Of a DNA stretch of 64,000 nucleotides, positions 49,519-58,895 are shown piece by piece. This DNA is from an uncultured Acidobacteriota bacterium (GTDB lineage: Bacteria > Acidobacteriota > Thermoanaerobaculia > UBA5066 > Gp7-AA6). Position 1 is the stretch's first letter; every line of letters starts with the position of its first letter. Where the stretch lies: positions 161,693-225,692 of the forward strand of contig CAVXTP010000015.1 in the NCBI GenBank assembly GCA_963764715.1. The letters run 5' to 3'. The notes beneath the pieces were generated by a model that was given only the letters and a program-made list of their open reading frames with translations, was not told the origin of the DNA and searched no databases. A program made the translations under genes and the position numbers.

Positions 49519-49774
49519 CTACTCCAAAGGTTGGATCGCCTTGAGCTCACGTCCCTCATGCGCCAGACGCCAGTTCTCGGCCAGTTCCTGGCGGTGCAAG
49601 CTCCACCATTCCATCACGTGGCCCAACGCCCGCGGCGGAAAGTCCCCGTCCACCGCGCCATCCGCGATTCGCACGGTCACCTTGTGCCCCGAGTATCGAG
49701 CGTGAAAATGGGCGGGCTTGCTCCCGGTGGTACATCGTGATCACAATCCCGAGAAACCGGCAAATCTCCGGCAC
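49519..49774 (-). pseudogene. DUF4160 family protein (putative TA partner), frameshifted
   Basis: MPEICRFLGIVITMY, shift near 49718, then HFHARY...ELAENW...IQPLE. Confidence 0.75.
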
Positions 49775-49846
49775 CTAAGAATGGTACCCCGATGCTCCAG
49801 CGTCGCCCAATGGGCGGAGAGACGGCGGGTACAGTCCGGCTGCGGG

Positions 49847-50035
49847 CTAGGCGCTCCATTCCTTGCCAGAATTGTCGCCTCCAGCCCTATGAATCCGCCG
49901 AACCTCCGACGCTTTACGAGCGCCCAGCCGATCCATCTTGCCATTCGAGTTCCCCACCACCTTCTGAGGTTTGCACATGCCGTGGCGAGCTCCGCCGGCA
50001 CGCTGCTTCTTCGCCCTTCCGCGCTTGTGGTGCAC
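49847..50035 (-). CDS. Small basic protein
   Basis: HHKRGRAKKQRAG...CKPQK directly after the attC. Confidence 0.45.
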   Translation of the reverse strand: MHHKRGRAKKQRAGGARHGMCKPQKVVGNSNGKMDRLGARKASEVRRIHRAGGDNSGKEWSA

Positions 50036-50071
50036 GACAGCACTCTACGCCAGCGCAGGTGGCTTAGGGCC

Positions 50072-50147
50072 GCCTAACGGGTGGCGGGTCAGCGGCGCGT
50101 GAAGAGCCGAAGGCGATAAACGCGTCCGCTGCACCCGCGGGTTAGGC
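50072..50147 (-). repeat. attC, intact
   Basis: gcctaac...gttaggc, 76 bp. Confidence 0.95.
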
Positions 50148-50172
50148 GGCGGCTGATCGTGATGCCGAGATC

Positions 50173-50418
50173 TCACACGCAATCCCCGTGGAAGACGCAT
50201 GCGAACCACAAGGCCGTGAAGATGAACGCTGCGCCGAAACCGACTGCAGTGCACACGGACGCCACCGCGAGAGCAGTGGCTGACCGGCGGCTCAGACGCC
50301 AAGCCATGATCGCCATTATCGCGCCAGGAAGCCACGTGAGTCCCAGGATCGCTACCCATGTCCCCACGTAGGGCGCGACGGGATCCCATACCGGCGACGC
50401 GTCGCCTGCTGCTTTCAC
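50173..50418 (-). CDS. Small membrane protein, possibly 5'-truncated
   Basis: Two hydrophobic helices ending before the attC. Confidence 0.5.
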   Translation of the reverse strand: MKAAGDASPVWDPVAPYVGTWVAILGLTWLPGAIMAIMAWRLSRRSATALAVASVCTAVGFGAAFIFTALWFACVFHGDCV

Positions 50419-50419
50419 G

Positions 50420-51826
50420 TCAGGCTCGCGGCTGGGCGGTGGTCGCTTCGAAGAGCTTCACCAAGTTGCTCTCCGCCGCGGCCCGAAACCGTGTGATGCG
50501 CTCCCGAGCGTCAAGGACATCCGGAGCATCGCGATAGCGCGCGATTTCGCCCAGCGGATTGAGCCGTGTTTCCTTCGCCCAGCTCGCAAGCGTCGGGTGC
50601 GCTGCCCGAGCCCGTTCGTTCGCAAGAGTCGCGAGGAACGCCGACAGGTAGTCCCTGATCGAATCCCAGTAGGGGATGGGCGGGCAGATGCGGTTCTTCT
50701 CGTTGTCGCTCTCGACCGTGGCCTCGAGCACGCCCAGCATGGCGAACTGATAGCAGACAAAACCCCACAGGAACGGCTGTATCGTCACTCGGCCGGCCTC
50801 GAAGATCGGCCGAAGCGGAGGGCTCGCCAGCCCTCTCGACGCGCAGTGGACATGCACCGTCCTCTCGTTCGTCGGGACGCGGCCCTTGTCCAGGACGATC
50901 TCGTCACGCTCGATCCTCAGCACGTGACCCAGGCGGACCACGTCCTCGATCCGGCGCAGAAGCCCCCGCTCGGCCTCGCTGACCACCCCTCCGTGGAACA
51001 TCGTCGGCGTCACGCCGGGATCGATGCGAAGAAGGAACTCTTCCTCTTCGAGGCGCGCAACGAGATCCCGGACCGAAGCCGCCGTCGCCATGGCCTCGAA
51101 CTGGATCGCCATGCCCCGATAGAAGTTCGGAAGCAGCTCGTGGGGCTGGTGAAACCGGCGGTTCAGCCACCACGCGTCGCGCGGCCTGATCCAGCGGATC
51201 GCCGGCGCGGGGACGCCCTGTTCCAGCAACCATACGCACGCGTCCAGGGCAGTCTTGCCCGCACCGATGATGACGAAGCGCTCGGGGCGCTCCCTCAGCT
51301 GCGCGATCTCGCCTGCGGGCAGGCAGCGAACGCCGTCGGCCACCTCGAAGGGAGGCGCGCTAGTGGCGGGAATGGCGCCTTCGAGATAGGTCGTGTCCAC
51401 GATCTTCTTCAGCACGCGCACCCTGCACGACCGTTTCGCGAGCCTCGAGACGAAACGGCCCTCCCCGACGTAGTCGCTCGAAGGGAAATAGCCGACGCGG
51501 CCGCTGGGCAGAAAGACGCGATGCATCACGTGCTCGTAATAGGCTCGAATCTCGTCCGCGCCGGCGAGCTCGTAGTAGCCGACATTCGTCCCGGCCACGT
51601 CGCGAGCGTCATGTCCGAGCGGCACGGAGCCGACTCCATAGAAAGCGGAAGGCTGATGGAGACGGACGTAGGGGTACGCGTCGATCCAGTGCCCGCCGGG
51701 AGCGAGGCGGCGATCGACGATCGTGATCGTCGCGCCGGAATGCGCGAGGAGCGCGTCGGTAAACGCCATCCCCGCTGCCCCGGCACCGACCACGAGATAG
51801 TCTGTTTCGAGCTCTTCGTCGGCCAC
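50420..51826 (-). CDS. FAD/NAD(P)-binding oxidoreductase
   Basis: VVGAGAAG, PGGHW, IIGAGKT. Confidence 0.85.
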   Translation of the reverse strand: MADEELETDYLVVGAGAAGMAFTDALLAHSGATITIVDRRLAPGGHWIDAYPYVRLHQPSAFYGVGSVPLGHDARDVAGTNVGYYELAGADEIRAYYEHVMHRVFLPSGRVGYFPSSDYVGEGRFVSRLAKRSCRVRVLKKIVDTTYLEGAIPATSAPPFEVADGVRCLPAGEIAQLRERPERFVIIGAGKTALDACVWLLEQGVPAPAIRWIRPRDAWWLNRRFHQPHELLPNFYRGMAIQFEAMATAASVRDLVARLEEEEFLLRIDPGVTPTMFHGGVVSEAERGLLRRIEDVVRLGHVLRIERDEIVLDKGRVPTNERTVHVHCASRGLASPPLRPIFEAGRVTIQPFLWGFVCYQFAMLGVLEATVESDNEKNRICPPIPYWDSIRDYLSAFLATLANERARAAHPTLASWAKETRLNPLGEIARYRDAPDVLDARERITRFRAAAESNLVKLFEATTAQPRA

Positions 51827-51855
51827 CCGACGATGATATTCACTTCGGAAGGCGC

Positions 51856-51885
51856 GCCCAACGGACGACGCGTCAGCGGCCAGCC
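51856..51885 (-). repeat. Half attC remnant
   Basis: gcccaac ggacgacgcgtcagcggc. Confidence 0.55.
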
Positions 51886-51938
51886 AGAACAAGGGGCGCT
51901 GAGCCTCCTGCCCTCACGCAACCATGCGCCTTCCGGCC

Positions 51939-52017
51939 GCCTAACGGGTGGCGGGTCAGCGGCGAGCGAGCCCGAGCAAAGCGAGGGACGCGAGTCCGCT
52001 GCACGCGCATGTTAGGC
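51939..52017 (-). repeat. attC, intact, 79-bp variant
   Basis: gcctaac...gttaggc. Confidence 0.93.
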
Positions 52018-52079
52018 CGCCGCCTAGCCGGCAGCGGGCGGTCGGAACCCCACGCGGCGGGAGCAATCGGACGGTGGCA

Positions 52080-52982
52080 TCACGGCCCGTCCGTCGACTC
52101 GAAGAACTCTTTGGTATCGGGACGACTGAATGGGTTGCGAAAGAACGTTTCAACGGTCAGATTGAACAACGCGGGGTCCTGCCAAGGAATCATGTGGGTC
52201 GCTGCAGGGAAGATGCAGAGCTGTGCCTTTGGGAGATCATGAAATATCTGCAACGTGTGAGCATCCCGTATCACATCCTTGTCGCCCGCCATTACCAGTG
52301 TCGGTGCAGACACGCTCTTTAGTTTCTCGGCCGGAATATTCGGTTGCTTGCCCAGCAGATCCAATTGCTGCTTGTAGACCGACCACGGCTGGGACGTATC
52401 GGCCTTCTTAATCATCGCATCCACTAGCCTCTCCTGCTTCGCGACCCAGGCACGGGCCCAATCATAGGCCCCACTGGGATTCAGATTGGCACCCATGATG
52501 GCCAATTTCGCCACCTTGTCCGGATGGTTGATGGCAAGCAGCAGACCGACAATCCCGCCGTCACTCCACCCGAGCACGTACACGTCTTTCAAGCCCAGTG
52601 CTTGCAGCAAGGCGTTGGCGTCTTCAGCCATCTGCTCGTAGGTCAAGCGCCCGGCCCCCATTTCGCTCTTTCCATGACCTCGACTGTCAGCTGCGACGAC
52701 TTGGTATTGCTCGGAGAAGAACTTGATCTGATTGCCCATGGCGGAAATGCTTTGTCCGTTGCCGTGAATCTGTAACATCGCTGGACCCTTGCCATAAGTC
52801 TCAAAGTAGAGCTTGATCCCGTTAAGCTCTTGGAATCGGCCGGTGGATTCGTTGCTGCCGTAGGGAGGGTCAAACGTGGGCGGTGTCAGCGGCTCAGAGT
52901 TCACCGATCCAGACGAAACGTTGAGCAGGCTCGACGCCAACAACAGAGTCCAGAGTGGGTTCCGGCTCCTTGGAGCTCTCAT
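52080..52982 (-). CDS. Secreted alpha/beta hydrolase cassette
   Basis: DSRGHG, GWSDGG; GGAGG RBS. Confidence 0.88.
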   Translation of the reverse strand: MRAPRSRNPLWTLLLASSLLNVSSGSVNSEPLTPPTFDPPYGSNESTGRFQELNGIKLYFETYGKGPAMLQIHGNGQSISAMGNQIKFFSEQYQVVAADSRGHGKSEMGAGRLTYEQMAEDANALLQALGLKDVYVLGWSDGGIVGLLLAINHPDKVAKLAIMGANLNPSGAYDWARAWVAKQERLVDAMIKKADTSQPWSVYKQQLDLLGKQPNIPAEKLKSVSAPTLVMAGDKDVIRDAHTLQIFHDLPKAQLCIFPAATHMIPWQDPALFNLTVETFFRNPFSRPDTKEFFESTDGP

Positions 52983-53020
52983 CTTCCTCCCTCCATGAGG
53001 TTGTCGACCGTTTTCCAGCG

Positions 53021-53096
53021 GCCTAACGGGTGGCGGGTCAGCGGCGCGTGAAGAGCCGAAGGCGAGGAGCGAGTCCGCTGCACCCGCGGGTTAGGC
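53021..53096 (-). repeat. attC, intact
   Basis: Consensus repeat. Confidence 0.95.
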
Positions 53097-53402
53097 GCGC
53101 CGCCGCGTCCCGGTTGTGCGAACAACATCGAGGACTGCCTCAGGGTGCTTGGCCACGATTCTCAGAAGGATTCGGGCGCTTCCTTCCGGCTTCCGACGCC
53201 CCTGTTCCCAGTTTCTGAGCGTGCCCGCGCTGATACCCATTAGCGCCGCAAACTTCGATTGGCTGAGTCGGTAACCTTTTCGAACAGCCCGAACGTCCGG
53301 CTCATCAATCTGAAACACACGGGACGCCTTGCGCCGTCCCCGCAGAATCTCGCCACCCTCCTGGACGCTCTGGAGAAGCTCCTTGAACAGTTCTTCCTTC
53401 AT
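53091..53402 (-). CDS. HigA-like HTH antitoxin
   Basis: LSQSKFAALMGIS...NWEQGRRKP; TAA inside the attC. Confidence 0.9.
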   Translation of the reverse strand: MKEELFKELLQSVQEGGEILRGRRKASRVFQIDEPDVRAVRKGYRLSQSKFAALMGISAGTLRNWEQGRRKPEGSARILLRIVAKHPEAVLDVVRTTGTRRRA

Positions 53403-53716
53403 CGGTACTCCGTTTCGACGATCTGTCGCAATAGCTTCTTCTGCGCCGGCCCGATATCGGCCCTCTCGCTCTTCGTGAAAGCGAAGAGCATCAAGAGCCG
53501 GCTTGAGACCGGGTGCCAGAAGTAGATCACTCGACAGCCTCCGCGTTTGCCACGCCCCTTCGAACCCCAGCGAAGCTTCCGCAGCCCGCCAGTTCCCGGA
53601 ATGACGTCGCCCGCCGCCGGGCGCCGGACCAAGTGAAGCTGAAGGTCACGGTATTCATCTTGGGTCAGCAGGTCATCGATCCGCGCGGTGAACGCGCGAG
53701 TCTCAAGAATGACCAC
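53399..53716 (-). CDS. HigB/RelE-like toxin
   Basis: GDVIPGTGGLRKLRW...GKRGGCRVIY. Confidence 0.9.
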   Translation of the reverse strand: MVILETRAFTARIDDLLTQDEYRDLQLHLVRRPAAGDVIPGTGGLRKLRWGSKGRGKRGGCRVIYFWHPVSSRLLMLFAFTKSERADIGPAQKKLLRQIVETEYR

Positions 53717-53724
53717 GGTGTGGG

Positions 53725-53753
53725 ACTATACGCCAATGGCGTAATGCGGTCAA
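53725..53753 (-). promoter_or_regulatory. TA promoter with operator palindrome
   Basis: TTGACC-17bp-TATAGT; TACGCCA-T-TGGCGTA. Confidence 0.8.
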
Positions 53754-53767
53754 GGCCCCTTTAGCGC

Positions 53768-53843
53768 GCCTAACGGGTGGCGGGTCAGCGGCGAGCTCCG
53801 AGGCGAAGCCGAGGAGCGAGTCCGCTGCACCCGCGGGTTAGGC
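53768..53843 (-). repeat. attC, intact
   Basis: Consensus repeat. Confidence 0.95.
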
Positions 53844-53849
53844 GCGTCG

Positions 53850-54389
53850 TTAGTCGGATAGCCAGACATGGACCCACCCTTTCCGTGTCTTGACAAAAGC
53901 AATATCCGTCGCTTCGATCGCTCCGGTCACCAGTACTTCGTGGTCGCTCGTGAACGTAACTACTTGGCCCGGCCCGAGCTCCCCGTCCAAGCAGCAGTCA
54001 TCAAACTTCCCTGGCGCCGCCTTATCGACGAAGAGCCGCATTCGGTATTCTGATGGCCCTGCGTTCCAGACCTTCTCAAATCGCCAGGACTTCCCTTCAA
54101 GCGTGGCGACGACCAGCCACACTCTGTCACCATCCGTGAGGAGGAAGCCGTAGTCCCTCTTGCCACGAGCGGTGAAGCTACCTCTCGTGACCCCCAGGCA
54201 GCCGTCGCCGCCGTGATCAACCTGATACTGGATGTCCTCGGGCAAGTTGTCAGACTGCCTCGGCAGTGCGCCGCCGGGGAACGCCTGTGAAGCCGCCGTC
54301 CTTAGGTCGTATGGAAGAACGCACGCATCAGGCGGCCGAGGAGCGCCGGCGACGACGAACGAAAAGGCAATGAGCAGACTAGCCAGCAT
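53850..54389 (-). CDS. Secreted orphan protein, paralogue 1 of 3
   Basis: DAC...FP...EDIQYQVDHGGDGCLG...WVHVWLSD. Confidence 0.8.
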   Translation of the reverse strand: MLASLLIAFSFVVAGAPRPPDACVLPYDLRTAASQAFPGGALPRQSDNLPEDIQYQVDHGGDGCLGVTRGSFTARGKRDYGFLLTDGDRVWLVVATLEGKSWRFEKVWNAGPSEYRMRLFVDKAAPGKFDDCCLDGELGPGQVVTFTSDHEVLVTGAIEATDIAFVKTRKGWVHVWLSD

Positions 54390-54408
54390 TTGGAACTGTA
54401 GCGAACGC

Positions 54409-54484
54409 GCCTAACGGGTGGCGGGTCAGCGGCGAGCTCCGAGCCGAAGGCGAGGAGCGAGTCCGCTGCACCCGCGGGTTAGGC
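54409..54484 (-). repeat. attC, intact
   Basis: Consensus repeat. Confidence 0.95.
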
Positions 54485-54493
54485 AGCCCTTCG

Positions 54494-55063
54494 TCAGTCC
54501 GCGATCCGCACATGGATCCAACTCCCCTTGAGGAAGAAGAACGCCAGGGCCCAGGATTCGAGCTTTCCTGCGAGAATGCCTTCTCTGGCGCTGTTGACGA
54601 TAGCGAGCTCCCCGACATCCAGCGCCCCCTCTGCGGACTCCGAGCGAACGTACTTGCCTGGCTCCAGCTTCTCCGCGTATAGCCAACCGATAGGCATCGG
54701 GAACTCGTAGATCTTCTGAATCTCCCACCGGTCACGACCAAGTGCGCGCGCGACGACTAGGATCGATGACCCACTGCCGCCTCGCGCGCCGAGTAGGACT
54801 GCAATCTCCGGCGCTGCTGTATGGAAGCCCCCACCAGTGATCCCTAAGCACGCCGAGCCGCCGTGCTCCACCGAGTATTTGACATCCTCGGGATCCCAGT
54901 CCTTCGCGAACGGTAATCGATACTCCGGAAACTGTGCATCGATCTGGGCGACCAACGGCCTCGGTATCAGCCCCGCACAGGCATCAATACTGCCGCCGTC
55001 TTGAGCGAACACCGGCCTACTCGCGAACACGAGCAGCAACAGTAGGCCGATGCGAAGGATCAC
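54494..55063 (-). CDS. Secreted orphan protein, paralogue 2; in frame with the attC
   Basis: DAC...EDVKYSVEHGGSACLG...WIHVRIAD. Confidence 0.8.
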   Translation of the reverse strand: MILRIGLLLLLVFASRPVFAQDGGSIDACAGLIPRPLVAQIDAQFPEYRLPFAKDWDPEDVKYSVEHGGSACLGITGGGFHTAAPEIAVLLGARGGSGSSILVVARALGRDRWEIQKIYEFPMPIGWLYAEKLEPGKYVRSESAEGALDVGELAIVNSAREGILAGKLESWALAFFFLKGSWIHVRIAD

Positions 55064-55078
55064 TCTGCTGATCGGGCT

Positions 55079-55154
55079 GCCTAACGGGCTGCGCGTCAGC
55101 GGCGAGTGAGGAGGCGAAGCCGACGAACGAGTCCGCTGCACGCGCGTGTTAGGC
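55079..55154 (-). repeat. attC, intact
   Basis: Consensus repeat with paired arm changes. Confidence 0.95.
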
Positions 55155-55188
55155 CGCGCCAGCCGTGTCATCGGTTGAGCCTGGACAT

Positions 55189-56118
55189 CTAGTGATAGCC
55201 CCACACGAAGTCGCAGCGCGATGTGAAACCGTGGCTGAACAAGAAGTAGCCGTCCGCGTTGTGAAGGGACCTTCCGAACAGTACCTCGGACCTGCCGTCG
55301 CCATCGTAATCGCCAGCATCAACGAGCGAAAGATCAGAGCCAAGAGGCGTTACGTGTTTGCCATCGACTAGGAACATGTACGTGATCGGGTAGTCAATAC
55401 CGCTCTCAGCGGGAGGCGAACAGCCGGTCAACTCAACCGACAACAGGCCTCGACCATCCGCCGACCTGTAGGCCCGCGCGAGCTTGAGAGACCGATCGTC
55501 GCACCGGAACGAGATGGATTCCGTCTCTCCTCCCTCCTCGAGAGTGACAGGTAGGCCCGATCCCAAAAGTTGCCGGAGCTGAATAAACCTGTCTTTCAGA
55601 GTTTCCGGCGGTGGCGTATTCCTTCGCCACCGATCTGGATCCCGCCACGATTCCCCCGTCACCACGACGAGGGGTCGGACCTGGGTATTTCCAGGCCACC
55701 ATGAGGGATCGCGCGATTCGGGCGACGCCATCACGGGTGCCGGCAGCGTTGAGGACGTGATGAGCTGCAGGCCGATCGAACCATAGGATCGACCCTCTTC
55801 CGGCCGCTTGGTCACTACTTCGCCAAGCGCCTTTCCATCGCTTACAACCGTCCACCGGATCGGGCTCGGATACCAGTTTGGACTCTCCCGAAGCGATGGC
55901 AGATCGTGCGCCTGTGCATGAACTATCTCCCAGACGCCATTCCTCTTCTCGAAAACGACCCTAACCCTCGGGAAGGGTGCGCCTCCTTCCGCATTTGCCT
56001 CCTCGGCATTGAGGCCACCTCGCTCGAAAAAGCCTACGTACGTCGTTTCGAGATCCCGTGCCTCAGGGACGCCAGCGCGGATTCCGACGTGAAGTACCAG
56101 GGCGGCAAGCCAAGTCAT
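55189..56118 (-). CDS. Secreted hypothetical protein with a DYDGDG motif
   Basis: DAGDYDGDGRSEVLF. Confidence 0.75.
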   Translation of the reverse strand: MTWLAALVLHVGIRAGVPEARDLETTYVGFFERGGLNAEEANAEGGAPFPRVRVVFEKRNGVWEIVHAQAHDLPSLRESPNWYPSPIRWTVVSDGKALGEVVTKRPEEGRSYGSIGLQLITSSTLPAPVMASPESRDPSWWPGNTQVRPLVVVTGESWRDPDRWRRNTPPPETLKDRFIQLRQLLGSGLPVTLEEGGETESISFRCDDRSLKLARAYRSADGRGLLSVELTGCSPPAESGIDYPITYMFLVDGKHVTPLGSDLSLVDAGDYDGDGRSEVLFGRSLHNADGYFLFSHGFTSRCDFVWGYH

Positions 56119-56132
56119 AACTTCTGAGCGCG

Positions 56133-56208
56133 GCCTAACGGGTGGCGGGTCAGCGGCGAGCGCCGTAGCGAAGCGTAGGCGCGAGTCCGCTGCACCCGCG
56201 GGTTAGGC
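56133..56208 (-). repeat. attC, intact
   Basis: Consensus repeat. Confidence 0.95.
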
Positions 56209-56224
56209 GCCTGCGACGGGGGCA

Positions 56225-56971
56225 CTACGGCCACTGAAGACCGAGCATTTTCGCGAAGAAGACGGCCACCTGCCCACGAGTCACGAAGGCATTCGGACAG
56301 TAGTTCTGATCTCCGCAGCCAGCCGTCACTCCTGCCGCCGCGAAGGCCTCTATGAACTGATAGTAAGGATTCGACGGGGGCACATCGAGAAACGTCTGCC
56401 CAACTGGCTCGCTAACCTGGAGCTCATACTGCAACGCCGCTCCGGACAACGAGGTTGTCGCGTCCCCCGCCATCGTTCTGGCGCTCAGCACCAACGTCGT
56501 GTTTACGTTGTCAACCCTGAATGGTGGCGTGACTGCCGCCATCGAGGATACACAGGGTATTCCCTGGTCCCCAACTGCGGTAGCCAAAAGAAATGGCGAG
56601 GTGCCGTCGAAATTCGCCACGTACAGCTCGAGCACCACGCCGTTCGGTACGGTCGCGTTGCAGTAATCCAATTCGATTCCGGTGACCAGCGCCCCACCGG
56701 GTAGGTGTGGGTTCGCGATGAAGCGACCATCTGGAACCGTCGAGAACCGGGACATGATGACACCGCCGGACCGGAACTGGTCATCGTAGGTAGTACCCGT
56801 GCTGATCGGCGAGAACTCTGCGGCCCCCAAGCGATACACGGACACGTTTGGTCCGAATGTGGTTGGATCCATTGCGTGGCTGCGAGCATGCCTAACGTCT
56901 ACTTGCGCGAGCCCAAGTGACGAAAGAACGCAGAGACTCGAAATGCCGATCCAAACGATCTTTGACCTCAT
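56225..56971 (-). CDS. Secreted protein with C-terminal SLH domain
   Basis: FLDVPPSNPYYQFIEA...YCPNAFVTRGQ; AAGGAG RBS. Confidence 0.85.
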   Translation of the reverse strand: MRSKIVWIGISSLCVLSSLGLAQVDVRHARSHAMDPTTFGPNVSVYRLGAAEFSPISTGTTYDDQFRSGGVIMSRFSTVPDGRFIANPHLPGGALVTGIELDYCNATVPNGVVLELYVANFDGTSPFLLATAVGDQGIPCVSSMAAVTPPFRVDNVNTTLVLSARTMAGDATTSLSGAALQYELQVSEPVGQTFLDVPPSNPYYQFIEAFAAAGVTAGCGDQNYCPNAFVTRGQVAVFFAKMLGLQWP

Positions 56972-57033
56972 TGCTTCGACTCCTTAGGTTCCGGATCGGT
57001 CAGAACCAGCTGACCACCAAGACTCTTGCGGGC

Positions 57034-57109
57034 GCCTAACGGGTGGCGGGTCAGCGGCGAGTGACGAGCCGAAGGCGAGGAGCGAGTCCGCTGCACCCGC
57101 GGGTTAGGC
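57034..57109 (-). repeat. attC, intact
   Basis: Consensus repeat. Confidence 0.95.
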
Positions 57110-57113
57110 AGCG

Positions 57114-57689
57114 TCATTGCTCTACCTTGTGTTTCTCTGGCTTGACCTCGCCAAGACGGCGTCCCGTAGGAAGAGGAATGAGCGGCTGCAACGGGCGACT
57201 TTGCGACGGGGGGCTGATGAGCCACCACTCTGTCTGGCGTATGGCGGCCTCGGCTGCGAAATAGAGGTCGCCAATCTCGTACCTCCCGAGATCGGGGGGA
57301 CAGGCGTTCTGAAGAATGTCACCCGCGGAGCTCGAGACGGAGAAACCCTCGTTAAATAAGCAGTCGTAGGGAGGACGGCACAGCGGGGGAAGGTTAGCCA
57401 TTCTGGTGAAGACATAATCGGTCAAGGCCTTGGCCACGACTCCTCTGTATGACCCGTCGGGCATAAACGGAACCCCCTTGCAGACCAGAGCCGCCCTTCC
57501 ATCTGGCCAGATGTCAAGGCTGAAAGAATTAGCCGACGACGAACTAGTTAGAGACGCCATACTTGGCCCGAGTCGTAAGGTCACGAAAGAGACCGATCCC
57601 GTTTCGTCAAGAGGTGCCCGGAACGAGCCCGAGACCACTAGGCCAGCGAACACGGAAAAGCAGACGGAGCTCAGGCTAGAGCTGGCCAT
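57114..57689 (-). CDS. Secreted hypothetical protein
   Basis: Fills the cassette; hydrophobic N-terminus. Confidence 0.7.
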   Translation of the reverse strand: MASSSLSSVCFSVFAGLVVSGSFRAPLDETGSVSFVTLRLGPSMASLTSSSSANSFSLDIWPDGRAALVCKGVPFMPDGSYRGVVAKALTDYVFTRMANLPPLCRPPYDCLFNEGFSVSSSAGDILQNACPPDLGRYEIGDLYFAAEAAIRQTEWWLISPPSQSRPLQPLIPLPTGRRLGEVKPEKHKVEQ

Positions 57690-57702
57690 GTCTCTACGCG
57701 CT

Positions 57703-57778
57703 GCCTAACGGGTGGCGGGTCAGCTGCGGGCGCCGTAGCGAAGCGTAGGCGCGAGTCCACTGCACCCGCGGGTTAGGC
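57703..57778 (-). repeat. attC, intact
   Basis: Consensus repeat. Confidence 0.95.
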
Positions 57779-57869
57779 GGGCGGCTACTCACCGGGGCCG
57801 ACATAGAACTGCCCGACTAACGCGATCGGGTTGAATGGCGCCACCGACGAACGCCAGCCGCGCACTTCC

Positions 57870-58667
57870 TCAGGGCTCCGGCGCTGAAGGTTGCTTCGTC
57901 GCCGACAGAGTTCCCGAGGACAGGCCTTGGCAATCGGTTCCGCCCCACGATCCGGCAGCACTCAGGCCATCCTCGCTGACTGTCAGCAGCAAACCGACCG
58001 TGCCGGAACAGGGGCTGAATTCATAGGCGGTGAGCTGAACTACATCACTCCCCGAGCCCAGGAGATCACCCACCACCCCCTGTAAGACGGCTCCCGCACG
58101 CGGAAGCGCAGCACTCCCAGTGACCGCCGCGCCGTGTTGAACGAGCGTGACGAGTGCCGAGGCGTCCGTGCCGCTATGAAGAGTGACATCCCAAGAGCCC
58201 GTGACATTTGGGCTTATCGAGGTGCCGCCCGCGGTCGATAGATTGGCGGCAAAAAGACTGGCGATGAAGGCCCCGTTACAGTCCGAGCCACTGAACGTGC
58301 CTCCAAACGTGCGGTAATCCGAGCTGATGTTCATGATCCCCGTTCCAGAGCCGGGGCATGGGGCCTGAATCGTCAGACTGAACTCGAGATGCTGGCCCGT
58401 AACGGTGCCGGTGACGGGACCGATGCCCCCGTCCTGAACGGCGAGGAGTCCGGTTACGCTTGATACCGTCTGTACCAAGGAAAGTGTCGCCGCGGCCACG
58501 CGCAGCTGCGGAAACTCCATGAACACGTACCAGGACCCAGTCAGGGTACTCGCGCTCCCGCTCCGATCGGCCAGTACGACAGGCTGTCTTGGAGACTGAG
58601 CTCCTGCCGGCGTGATGGTCAGAACACCAAACAGGACAGTAGCCAGACACCTTGGGCTTCCGCGCAC
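57870..58667 (-). CDS. Secreted protein with two repeated beta domains
   Basis: AGGAGG-GTG start; repeat TGSW...LVQ...VTG...PC.G...G.DC twice. Confidence 0.75.
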   Translation of the reverse strand: MRGSPRCLATVLFGVLTITPAGAQSPRQPVVLADRSGSASTLTGSWYVFMEFPQLRVAAATLSLVQTVSSVTGLLAVQDGGIGPVTGTVTGQHLEFSLTIQAPCPGSGTGIMNISSDYRTFGGTFSGSDCNGAFIASLFAANLSTAGGTSISPNVTGSWDVTLHSGTDASALVTLVQHGAAVTGSAALPRAGAVLQGVVGDLLGSGSDVVQLTAYEFSPCSGTVGLLLTVSEDGLSAAGSWGGTDCQGLSSGTLSATKQPSAPEP

Positions 58668-58804
58668 AGCGAACCTCCTGACCGATTGCTCGATTTCGGC
58701 AACTACTCTACGGTCGCGGCCACCCAAGCGTCATGATGCGCTTTCACCACAAGTGACTTATCCCGCAGGAAGGCCGACTCGACGCTCAATGCTCCGCCAC
58801 GCCC

Positions 58805-58880
58805 GCCTAACGGGTGGCGGGTCAGCGGCGAGCTCCGAGCCGAAGGCGAGGAGCGAGTCCGCTGCACCCGCGGGTTAGGC
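58805..58880 (-). repeat. attC, intact
   Basis: Consensus repeat. Confidence 0.95.
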
Positions 58881-58895
58881 CACGGCAACCAATGC

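Noticed and set aside
52018-52082. TGATG overlap after the hydrolase gene as a relay entry
   Set aside because: That ATG is out of frame with attC 51939 and stops at 52024; the region looks like a decayed site.
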